DNA of 64,000 bases from Hydrolagus affinis (Eukaryota), in contig JAAILG010000182.1 in the NCBI GenBank assembly GCA_012026655.1, positions 62,001-126,000 on the forward strand, in the 5' to 3' direction. Below, in pieces: positions 24,101-36,100 of this stretch (position 1 is the stretch's first letter; each line of letters begins with the position of its first letter). Below the pieces are notes generated by a model that made no database searches, was not told where the DNA came from, and saw only the letters and a list, made by a program, of their open reading frames with translations. Made by a program: the position numbers and the translations under genes.

Positions 24101-27100
24101 CCCATTGTTAACTCCCTCCTTCTTTGTTTACAGCGCTATAGCCTCCATTCTGCGGGCCTGGCTGGACCAGTGCTCCGACGACTTCCGAGAGGTTCCAGAT
24201 TACACCTGTCTGCACAAGTTACTGATCTACCTGGGCCGCAAGATGCCAGGCTCTGACCCTGAGCGACGAGCCCAGAACCTCCTCCAGCAGTTCCAGAAGC
24301 AGGACCAAGCCGAACAGGAGCTGGATGGTAAGAGCTCAATTGTGTGTATGATGCAGATACAAGGCTTAACTTTACTGAAAAACTGGGGGAAATGGAGGAG
24401 GAAGTCCTGAAATGGATGCACAAGTCACCAAATGGCTCACAGATTCATCGAGATAATAATACTTGCATTTGATGTAGCACTTTTCACAACTTCTTGACAT
24501 ATATTGTGATTTACTTGGAGGCTTCACTTTCCCATTGCAATTTCACAGCTTTCTGTCATGTTGCCAAGATATTTCCAGTGTGTAACTTAGAGCAACATTC
24601 ATTGCTTAATACTTAGTACTGTTTGACTAAGCAGGTATTAGCTCCTTATCCACCGTGTTTACTTCATGGAATTGTCAGTAAGTTTTCCTGCCACCTGAAT
24701 ACTCCCAATAAAAGTTATTTTTGCCGCAATGTCTGACCACCATTGTTGATTCAAATCAACATTCTTATTATCAAAATAATTAATTATCCTTGTATTTGAT
24801 TTAGGACCTTATCAAGCCATCAAAACATCTCCGAGTGCTTCACATGATTTGCTGCAAAGTGTAGTGACTGTGCGCTTGTAGATACATGTCACAAATCGTT
24901 GGCGGTCTCTGATTCTAAAAGGGAAGTTCACAAAGGACATTGAGCTAATGTGTTCAATACAGCTTTGTGAACTGTTTAAATACTGCTAATATTTGGATGC
25001 AAAATCAGTGCTTCTTTTTTGTTATGCACAGATGGCTATCATGCCAACATCACTTTCAGCCTGGGAGAGGAAGGGGATGTGGAAATAGATGGTGTTGAAG
25101 AAAAGCAGGATTTCCTCTCCTTCCTATCGGATACAGTGGCAGAGCAACTGACTTACATGGATGCTGTAAGTGCAGTAAACAGGAACCTAGAGCTATTTAT
25201 CACTTGCTCTGTCCCGTTACTATAAACCTGGTGTCTCTTTGTAACACTTCCAATCACTCCTCGCTTTGTTCATGCTGTGTATGCTGTGCCACTCATTAAG
25301 GTTTCGCAAGATTATAGCACAAATAAAAAATGTGCTGAGGTTTCAAAAACCTGGTAAAACTATGTGAGTTCAGTAACAAAATTAGTATCGCAAGAGCCTG
25401 TTTGATCTCAGGCAGTCAGGAATATCACCTCCCCATCATAGGGAGCTATTTTTCTCAATGTGTTGTGCGTCCTGAGCTCACCCACCCTTCCTAAAGCTGC
25501 GTTCCAGCTGTTAGTTAATACTCCTGTTTAAAAAAAGACTTTGGTGTGTGTATCCTAAACTTACCCTTTGCTATCCTGGACCTGTGCCCTCATATCAACT
25601 ATTGCTGCCTCAACACGTATCTGAAAGCATTATTCTGCTTTAGCTTTCTCTGTCACATTTACCATCTTCTATGCATCTGGAAGAACCCTTTGAGACCTCT
25701 TATTGAGACTGAAGAGCTCTATCCAGGTTTTCCTCATAGAACTCTTGTCTGTTCACTCTATTCTGCACTGTTTCCGAGAATTCTGCCTCCTTTTTTGCTT
25801 ATATGCACTTTTTGCATTGCATGTCATTTGCCAGTCATCAGCCCAGCTGAAGTTCCCATTGAAAGAAGAACTGCCGTTCTCTTGCGTTTCCATTGTTCGC
25901 ATTTAAAAGGTCCCAAAGTTGCATTGGTTCATCCAAAAGTCTGTGGAAAAGATTCTGTTTATGATCGCCCTGCCCTGTGCAGTGTTGCAAACCCTCACCA
26001 TGTTCATTCACATCACCGGAGCAGACAGATTGATAATGTGCGTTCTCTCGCTCTCCTAAGCAAACAAAACAAGTTTGCCATGTACTTTCCCAGTCGCTTT
26101 TGCTTGGGGCTTACACAGTGCATTTTAAACTAAGTTTCATTCTACAAATAGAACCCTGCTAAGCCAAGGCCAGCCATCAGCTGCCATCCGCCTGTATAAA
26201 TTATCACTGCAGGAAGGGAGACGAGTGTCTGATGGAAATGCCCTTGCCCCTTCTTTCCTCTCCCTGTGAGTTCCTTTCCCAAATCCGTTCACTTTAAGAA
26301 AACATTCCTGTTCACTTTGTGACATATGGTTGGATGTGATCTTAAAATACAACCAAAAGCAAACATTCACCATTCCTTTGTAACAGATTTAGTTTGGGCT
26401 CTTTTTACTTGGTAACTACAGTTGGTGCAGCCAAACATTTTTTAATTCTCCTCCAGCAATCACCCAAAGTGTTTGCGAGCATTGCATGTACGATCATAGA
26501 GCTTTACATTTTGCAGTTTATTACCTATTTGGGTATTATATAAACTGTCATGAGTGAGTGGTAGTGTGTGTGTTTGTGTGTTCGGTTTGATCTATGCTCC
26601 TGCAAAGGAGCATTGAGGTTTTTTTAAAAATAAAAAAAAGTCAACTAACTCTTTAAATGCAGAATTATTTACACCTGTACATTTCAAATGATCCATTAAT
26701 AGCATCTTCTCTCCCTTGGGTTTTAATCTTCTACATATTGCTTCTGGCAGGACCTCTTCAAAAAGGTGGTTCCCCATCATTGCCTGGGCTGCATCTGGTC
26801 ACGACGAGACAAAAAGGGCAACAAGCACTTAGCGCCGACCATCAGGGCAACGATCACGCAGTTCAACGCGCTCACAAAGTGCGTGATTAGCACCACTCTG
26901 AGGGACGTGCAGCTGAAGCCGCAGCAGAGAGCCAAAATCATCGAGAAGTGGATTGACGTTGCGCAGGTAAAGTGCTGACAAGGGCACATTTTTTTGGTCA
27001 GGTTCTGCATTTTTCTTTTTAGTGCAGATTTGTCCTTCAGCTTGGTTTACTTGTTGCTAGTTGATTGCATTTGAATCCATTGGATAGTAAATGTCAAATG

Positions 27101-30100
27101 CCAAAGCCTTGATCAAACTTGGCACGTCCCTGACTTCAGTGCCATTTCGTACCAGGTGCTCGCCCACCATCTGATAGAAGTTGGGTTATTGTAAGCTGTG
27201 GAGAAATATTACAGAGGCAAACTCAAAGTGAATAACACGTTTCCAGTTGCCAAAAATGTGGTGTTTTTCATTAAATCTGTTTTTCATGCTGTGTGTTTTG
27301 ACAGCTGCACTTCTTGTTTTAAATGGATTCAGAATTCTGATGCATCGGTGAAACAGGAAAACCACCGATCACTGGTATTTATACAGAACTCACTTCTTTC
27401 CCAACAGGAATGCAGGATTATGAAGAATTTCTCTTCACTCCGCGCTATCCTTTCAGCCATGCAGTCGAACCCCATCTACAGATTGAAGAAGGCCTGGGCT
27501 AATGTAACCAAGTGAGTTTGCGTCTTCCAGTAATGTTAGATTATTGAAGAATCCATGTATCTGCTGCGATTTTACTTGCATCTCGTTAGAGTTAATCATC
27601 CTTACATTTACATACAACACCTTTCACGACTAGAGGATGTCTCAAAATGTTTCCTATAAACTGTATATTTTGTAGATGAATATTCCAGCCAATGTGCACA
27701 GAGCCAAGTCCCACAAGTGAATGACAAACTTTATTTGGGGGTTTCTTAGCTAGGACACTGATAAACTTTTCCTTCACTTGTGCTAGCTGGGCAGAGTGGA
27801 AGTGAGAGCAGCTTCCCAGAGCAAAGAAAGAATTGGAGGGCAAGACAAAGGTCACTGTTATTCACCTTTAACATCTGGCTGAAAAATAGACATTGCCAAG
27901 TGTTAAATAATTCTGATCTCATGCTGATATACAATGTGTAGATTGACTTATAAACACAAGGAAGTTGCTTCAAACCTTGATCTCTTGAAGAAAAGCCACC
28001 TAAGCCTTTTGTGAGCATTCCACTCGGTCGGTTGAGTGACTTGGGATCAGAAGTTTTGGATTTGAATCTGGGGGGGTCCACCAACCCCTTCGCCTTTTAA
28101 ACTCATTAAAACATCTTGAAAAAATACACTCTTTGGAGAGAAGAGAGGGAAGAAAGTTCAACTGAGGTTTAACTGACTCTAAGGGGTAAGCCGGACAGGT
28201 TGACAGTGAATTGTAGACTGAGTCGACCAATCTATCCAACTCAACAATGAGACTTGGAGGCATCCTCAACTCTACAAGCCAATGACTGACCAGGTAGCCT
28301 ACCTTAGCAAGTACTTTATAAAGTTTGCATTTATACCTATTCCTGGTCAGTGATTTCTCATACTTCCTACGTAGGGAGAATGATCTTGACCCAATTTTCC
28401 TTGTGATAGTTGAGGTGAGCTGGTGCTGTAGGCTATATTGCTCACATGAGACCCTTTAGTATAAGTGTTGTTCCTAACACCAGTTTGCTAATCTTTGTCT
28501 CTTTATTTGTCTCTTTATTTTCTTAACCAGGGACAGCATGTTGATGTTTGAAGAGCTTTCAGAAATATTCTCTGATCAAAATAACCATCTGACCAGCAGA
28601 GAGCTACTAATGAGGGTAAGATGTTTTGCTCAGCACACTATTCCATATTCATGGGCTTCGTGGAGTGGTGGCCAAAACAGATGGATGTTTAGATAACAGA
28701 CTTCACGTGGGTGTAGTCAGCAGAGCTAGTGTCTGGTCTGAGAGGGGAAGTGAGGGAGAGAGAGAGAAAACAGTGAACAGGGTGGTCTGCCTTGGCTTAA
28801 TTCATCAAAGCCTGTCGCGAAACAGACATTTCTACCGAAGGATAGTATTTCAAAAAGTGCCTTGATTTCAATCTGCTCACTGATGGTATAACCTTTATGT
28901 GAGCTATCTTGACCAAGAATCTTCTGAGAAATTTAAAATCTTTTCTTTGAATATGAAATGATACTAATAAGTGTCATACCCTGTGATTTGTGCGATAGGA
29001 ACCCCCTCCTCCATTAAAAGTGATAGCTTCACTACAGTCTTGGTGAACCCATCACTTGTTTTGGACTTGATAACTGATGTTTTGCTGGATGAGAACTGGA
29101 GCCTGTTTATGACCCACACAACTTGTTTACTGCATATTTCAGACTGCTAACTGTCAGAAATTAATTGTACTGCATAATTCAGCCAGCTTGTGAATACGTT
29201 GTACGCAAGATCGCCCGAGTGTCTGTCATCTTATCCCACCTGCTTTGAGCCCCTTTCTAAGTTGCAGAGTGCGGTGACATTTACTGCAGCAAAATGGATT
29301 GTCTTTCCTTTTTTTTTATCCTGAGAATGCTGAATATCTGGGTTGAGATCCATTCAGTAAAATTCCACCAGACGTGTCCTTTTTGGCACTGTCCGCAATT
29401 TTAAACTTTTAATCATATAACGAACCGTGGAATAATTCAGCTTTCAGAAAGGTTATAGTCTGTTTGAATTCTTAATAAGAGTTTCGACTTATTATTATTG
29501 TTTAAGTGTTCCGTGACCCTATCCACCCGAATGGCGATATGTGAATGCAAGCTGTTATTCGAACAGAATTCGGGTTGTGTCCATTTTGGGCTGTGCGTCA
29601 AACACACGATATCTGGCAAAGCTAGACTTTTGAACCGAAGTGTTAGCAGTAGAAAGGTTTGTTTAATAAAAGCATTCTAGTTCAAGTGTTTGGTTTAATC
29701 TTCCAGTGTTTGAAGAGCGCAGTCATCGATCAGAAAAATACAAGGATTATATCACTTTGTTTTAAAAAGAACCTGCCAAGCTTTGGCAATCTGACAGAGA
29801 AAATCCATTTGTTTGCTCTGTGCTTGGGTCTCTTTCAAAAGAGCACCATCTATCTGGGGTTCATGACATCCAATTTGTTAAAACTTCCAAGAACCCATGC
29901 TCACATTGGCCATAGTTTCAGTAATTGTGCGTGTGTATCTTGTGGTTTTTACTCTGGCTTGTGCTGCTTTCAATGATTTGGGAGATGTAGGTACTCTCTG
30001 TGATGGTTGAATTTGCACAATGGGTATTGATGGCTCTTTGCATCTGCCACATTAGAATTAGTAATGCCACATTACATTACTGTACGAAGGATTGGTATCA

Positions 30101-33100
30101 CGTTCTTTTTGTGTGTCATCTATTCTGGTTTATTGGGTCCTTTGAGAACCAGATGTTGCCGTTTTGTCTTGCATATTGTGGGTTAGATCCCACATCCCAC
30201 CCTAACATGGGAATGTAGATGCTGATGACTGATAGATAGAGGGATGCTTTGTGAGTCGAATGGGTGTGACTGCAAGAAAAAGGCATTGTTGCTTTGAAAG
30301 CGTTATTGTGCTAAGTCTCAGTTTGGCACCTTTCCGTTTTAATATTGCGGAGGAAAAACAGACCGAGCAAACCGTTTGTGATAGATTCCATCCATAGGTA
30401 TGTACTTAAAGGGAGAGAACAGCAGCCAGATGTGCTGACATCTGTCTGCATTTAGTCCATAGACCAGTTCCTTGTTTATTGAGCAGTGTGGTCTTGGACC
30501 TGTTGAATGTCTACCTAATCTCTTCTGAGATGTTGCACGTTGCTTTATCGTACACAGGTTAAGGAAGGGTGCAATCAAACCAGTTTTCTAACCATGCACT
30601 GCAAATCGCTGTCTTGGATTTTAGCTAGAGAAACAGATGGGTGTGATCTGATGCTGGGATACCTAGAGAAGTGGTCAATTCGTAAAGTAAATCCATTATG
30701 TTGGTGCCTGTCCATTTGTCAGTCCATTTCCACCCCTCCCCCCACCCCCGCCATTGATACTGCTAGATAAAGAGCCTGCATGTAAGGTATACAGCATGTC
30801 TCCAAGTAGTGGGAGATTCCAATGTGTTACTGGGACTGTTGTTGTGCGATGTTTGTTTCTCTTGTGCATAATATGTTTTAGAGGTTGGTTATTTTGTACA
30901 ATTTGGTTTGTGTAGTGTCGCAATCCAATCTTCTACTCTAAATTCCACCCACTCATTTGCTAATTTGTTGGATGCTGCCACAACTTCATAGAGAGGCCAA
31001 CACAAGCCTCTGTCATGCAACCTGCAGAAATGTGCAAATTCCTGAACCGAATGCTGTCTCCAAACCTCTGGCAACACCGTGAAAATACCCTCGCTGGTCA
31101 GGTTGCCCAGTCAAAAACAACAACAATAGATTGCAATCATATAGTGCTTTTCACATCAGAAGAACGTCCCAAGTTTGTCCAGTCTAGGAATAGCAACAAT
31201 TGTTCCAGCAAAAGTTCTATCAAAGTAGTCTTACGACTCGCAAAGTGTTCCCAAAGTTCTGCATATCTGCCTCACGTGCCAATCAATTCAGTAATCAGCT
31301 GGTTTTATGCTAACGCTTATACGAAATCTTGCATCATTGCTGTCACAAATGGGAATGAGAACTTGCCCGCCTTGAAGAGCGTTTTAGGTAGTTCATTGGT
31401 GCAATGTTACTGTTTGAGGTTATATCCTGGAGAAAGCTGTTAATTGCTGACTTATTTCTGCATCCTCAGGAAGGAACATCAAAATTTGCCAATCTGGACA
31501 GCAGTGTGAAGGAAAACCAGAAACGGACCCAGAAAAGGTTGCAGTTGCAAAAGGACATGGTGAGTCATGTCTTGACACTCTCAGGATAAGGTGTGGACCA
31601 CTTTACACCAACCAAAGCCAGTCTAGCCTTTCCAATAGAATCTGTGTAACTCCAGTTTCAAACCTCCATTTGGTTACTCTCTAAAATCAAATGCTAGTTT
31701 TGATCTAAATAATATAATAACTCATGCATTTGATATTGCATCTTCCACAGTGTATTTTGCAAGAGAAATCAGGGCAGCTATTTGTGTCCATATTAATGGT
31801 CTATTTTAAAAAGAGAAGGGAGTTCCTCCTTTTGTTATGGCCAACAATCGTCCAAATAAAATTGGTCATTCGTTTCATAGCTGTTTGTGGGACATTGCTT
31901 TGCACAAATTGGCTGCTGCGTTCACATACAGAATGCATTATCACTGCACTTTCCAGTATATCCTGTGAAGCACTGTGAGGCATCCTTCTGACATAGAAGG
32001 TACGATAGCAAAAGTAAGGATTTTTTGTATTATTTGTCTAATGCTTTTTCAATTAAAAAAATCTTGTCATAATGTAAATCCGATTATAAAACACCTTGAA
32101 ATAATCCCTCCACCTGTATGAATAAAGAATGGGCAATGCAATATGTGTGCACAACCTTAAGCAATTAATGTGTGTCTGAGTTGCACAAGTTCAACTAATA
32201 ATAATAATCCTTGCATTTGATATAGCGCTTTTCACATCTTGTAGACGTCTCAAAGCGCTTCACAGAATATACTGTAAAAAGAATTGACTGTATATATGTG
32301 GGCGAAACCCAGCAGCCAATTGCACACAGCAATGTCCACAAACAGCCGTGGATTGAAATGACCAATTTGTTATTTTTTTTTGGTGGTGGGATTATTATTA
32401 GTCATGTGGAGAAAGGAAAATTGTAGTCACACTGGCAGCTCTAGTTTTGCACTGATTACATATTGAACTTATCTTATCAATAGGGTGTGATGCAGGGTAC
32501 TGTACCCTATCTTGGCACTTTCCTGACAGACCTGACCATGTTGGACACTGCTCTCCCTGACTATATTGAGGTAAGCTTGTGCATGTCATACGCACTATGT
32601 GCTCGAGTTTGTTTTTGTTTGGTGGTTACTGTAAGCTGCCGAATAAATGGTGAACATTTGAAAATTTGAGTTAAAGCAACAATGGAGCCATTTATATAAA
32701 AGATTGGTCAAAGAGAGGCATTGGCAGCGGAAGTGTACACATTGCTTTAGCAACCTGTTGTTGCGTCATGCTTTGATCTAAACAATTTCTTGGGAGTGGA
32801 GACACTTTGAAATGCAAAAGCTTGTTTTGAATACTTTATTTCCTGAAAATTACGTCTGTATCTACGGTGTGTTCTTGTATGACAATCCAGAGGTCATTTT
32901 CCCTGGAGATGCACCTCCTAGAGCAGGCATCCAGCTTGCGTTCCCACAGTCTTCTTATCTGTGCAGTCAAATCCCTGCCACATTCGAGTGGTCTTTGCTC
33001 ACAAACGTTTGCTCGTACACGGGTTTGCTTTCAAACTTTCAATAAAGGGATTGAGAGCCAATGTGAATGTGTATCTTCTGTGTTGAATACAGAAGTGGGG

Positions 33101-36100
33101 TTTCACTCTAAAGCAAATTCAATGATGCAGGCATCCAAGTTTCTCTGCTGACCATCTGTTTATTTACTCTCTAATCGTACAACCCAGCCTCCACCCAAGG
33201 TCAATTAATATTTTTGTAACTTTTTTGTCTTCTTTAGGGTGGTCTGATCAACTTTGAAAAGAGACGACGGGTTAGTATGAATTGTCATGCTTTGTGAATC
33301 TCAATATGAAAAGGCTTTCTAAATATTTCCAGGTCTCATTAACCATTGAGCTCCGAATATACAATTTATATTTATATAGCGCCTTTCACATCGGAAGTGT
33401 GTCTCAAAATATTACTGCTGCTACCTGGGCACAAAACTGGGAGCAGGTTGAGGGAATGAGATTGTGGTGGGGGGAGGAACGAAAGATGACTAAAAATATG
33501 TTTGAAGAGACAAGTGTTGAGGCAAGCTTTGAAGGCGATGAGGCAGGACTTGATCATTGAGACTCCAGAGAGTGGGTGAAAGACCACCAATAGGCAGTTA
33601 CAGTTACCTCCGCAGAGTGCAGGTTATATCTGATCTTTTGTGCACATTTAACAGCACACGCAATGGGTCGAATGTCTTCCTCCTACTGTGCTATAAACTA
33701 TCTATTGATGATAGTCCTGCTGAATTATGGAGCGGTGATTTAAATTTTTTTATTATAAATTCTGGAGTGGGTGAATAATTGTTCACTCTTTGCCTCCCAG
33801 CTACACTCTCCATCACAAAACCAGCAGACTCGTGCGACCTTGAAATATGTAAACAGACGCAGATTTTTTTCTATTCAACCTTAGTCAGTGTCAGTAGGTA
33901 ATTCCTCTGCACGCTCCTGACATTGGCAACAGCTTTGCAAATGTTTCAATATTCAACAGCAAGGCCTGTCAGCAATTGCAGGGAATCTGGAAATTTCACA
34001 TCGCTGGAATCCAACAGCCACAGCAATTGACATTTATGTAACGCATTTCACGTCAGGAGGCCGTCTCGCAGTGCTCCACACACCTGGCTGGGAACCCGAA
34101 CATGGTTTAAACATAGGGTGGGGGAGGGAGGGGATGAAGAGCATGATCAAAAGAATGTACAAAAAGATGGGCCTTGAGAATAGAAACGATGAATAGATAC
34201 TTCACATTAAGGTGATTTAATCCTAAAATCAAAAACATTCCATAATCAGTGTTAATATGTACACATAAAATTACATAGACATTGATAGTGCAGAACCGAG
34301 CACCAGGCCTCCTTTCTAACGCCACTCTCTTCCCTTCTCCCTCGTGTACAAGTGTATATTTTAGTAAGATGCTCGGATACTGGGATTACACTGCGTTGTA
34401 TCCCTGACGACGAGTGGGTTTCAAAGGTTGAACGCAGACGAGCCTGTATGCTTTCATCTGTCAACTTGAGCCGCATGTGAAACGGGAGTGGAGAATCTGG
34501 AAGCTGATCAAGACGCAGTGGAACCACGCGCAGTGTATAGCAGGCCCCAGACTGTGACAGGCAGCAGCCGTCTGCATTCGGTGCAGGTGCCTGGCTGAAG
34601 CATAGAACTATGTTTCCGTACATACCAAGCACCTCAGCTAAGCCGACATAGTGTAGCAAGTTGTATTGGCTTGGAAAAAGAAGTCACATTTTGGTCTTGG
34701 GGATGTTCTCCCTACGTGAAAGGCGTTATTTAAATGTCATTTGCAGTTCTTCTTCTTTCTTATGCATGACAGACTCTTAAATTCTGCCTCATGCACAGCG
34801 CCTCGAGGGATGTGCGAATGTATAATGGATAAATCCCATCAGTGCTTGACATTTCCAAAGAAGCACATAACTCAATGGCATTTTCACCCTCATCTCACAC
34901 ATGTTAATGTTAGATCAGGCGCAATCATGGAGATACTCCCATGTACAATTTGTAGAAACTGCCCGGTCATTCTGACATCTACTTGAATCATTTTCTCTTT
35001 AAATGATGTAGCTGACATTTTGTACCTAGACACTGGGACATTGTTTGGAAACGGCAAGTGTAGTGATTGAGTTTATGCGTTAACCTGTTCGACCTTGTCT
35101 GTGTGCTTTCAGGAGTTTGAGGTAATCGCGCAGATCAAGCTGCTGCAGTCCGCCTGTAACAGCTACTGCATCAACCCGGACCAGAGGTTCATTAAATGGT
35201 TCCAACGTCAGCAACACTTCACCGATGAGGAAAGGTGAGGATTCATCTGTAATTAGAAATGGGCAGTAAACCAGACTGTGGACGCACTATACGAGGCACG
35301 GTGAGGATCCTCAAACAAAAGATTAAAAAGACACCAGTTCAGCTGAGCCTCCACTTCCTGCCTTCTCTCAGGAGTGAGAGCTCCCAGCCTTAAGTTGTAA
35401 CACGCATTCCTGGATTCAGTTCCACTCCGTTACTATCCCTGTTTATTAATAAGAAACTCCAGTGAGCCCAGTCTCAATGTCCTATGTCTTTTAGAGTAGA
35501 TTTCTCATAATAATAATCCTTGTATTTGATATAGCTTCTTATCACATTGTTGAGATGTCTCAAAGTGTTTCATAGCATATACTGTACTGTATAGGGGATT
35601 GAATGCCTATTTTGTGGTTGAAATGTGACTGCCAGTTGCATACAGCAGTTTCCATGGAGCCATGGAGTGAGTGTCCAATTTTATTTGGAGGATTGTTGAC
35701 CAGTACACTTCTTTTAAGTAGATCAAATTGACATAAACACAACTCTTTGATTTTATATGTGTGTGTGTGTGTGTGTGTGTGTATACATGTGTGTGGTATG
35801 TGTGTGTGTAAAGCAAGGTGTCTTTATGTTTAATGTTAGATTGCTGTAGTTCCTCATAAGAGTCTGAAAGTTGCATTTATCTGTGTCCTCCAGTTATACC
35901 ATCTCCTGTGAAATCGAACCAACAACCGATGCAAGTCCCACATCTCCGAAGCCCAGGAAGAGCATGGTGAAGCGTCTCAGCCTGTAAGCAATAACAAACA
36001 GTAATCCTTTTCATAATAAACAACAATCCTTTAAATAATAACTAGTAGTCCTCATAATAAATGGTCTTGAAATAAACTGTAATTCCTATAGTAAATAGTA

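Noticed and set aside
25546-26133. 195-aa intronic ORF
   Set aside because: Non-ATG start, intron-like composition, no recognisable homology or splice context.
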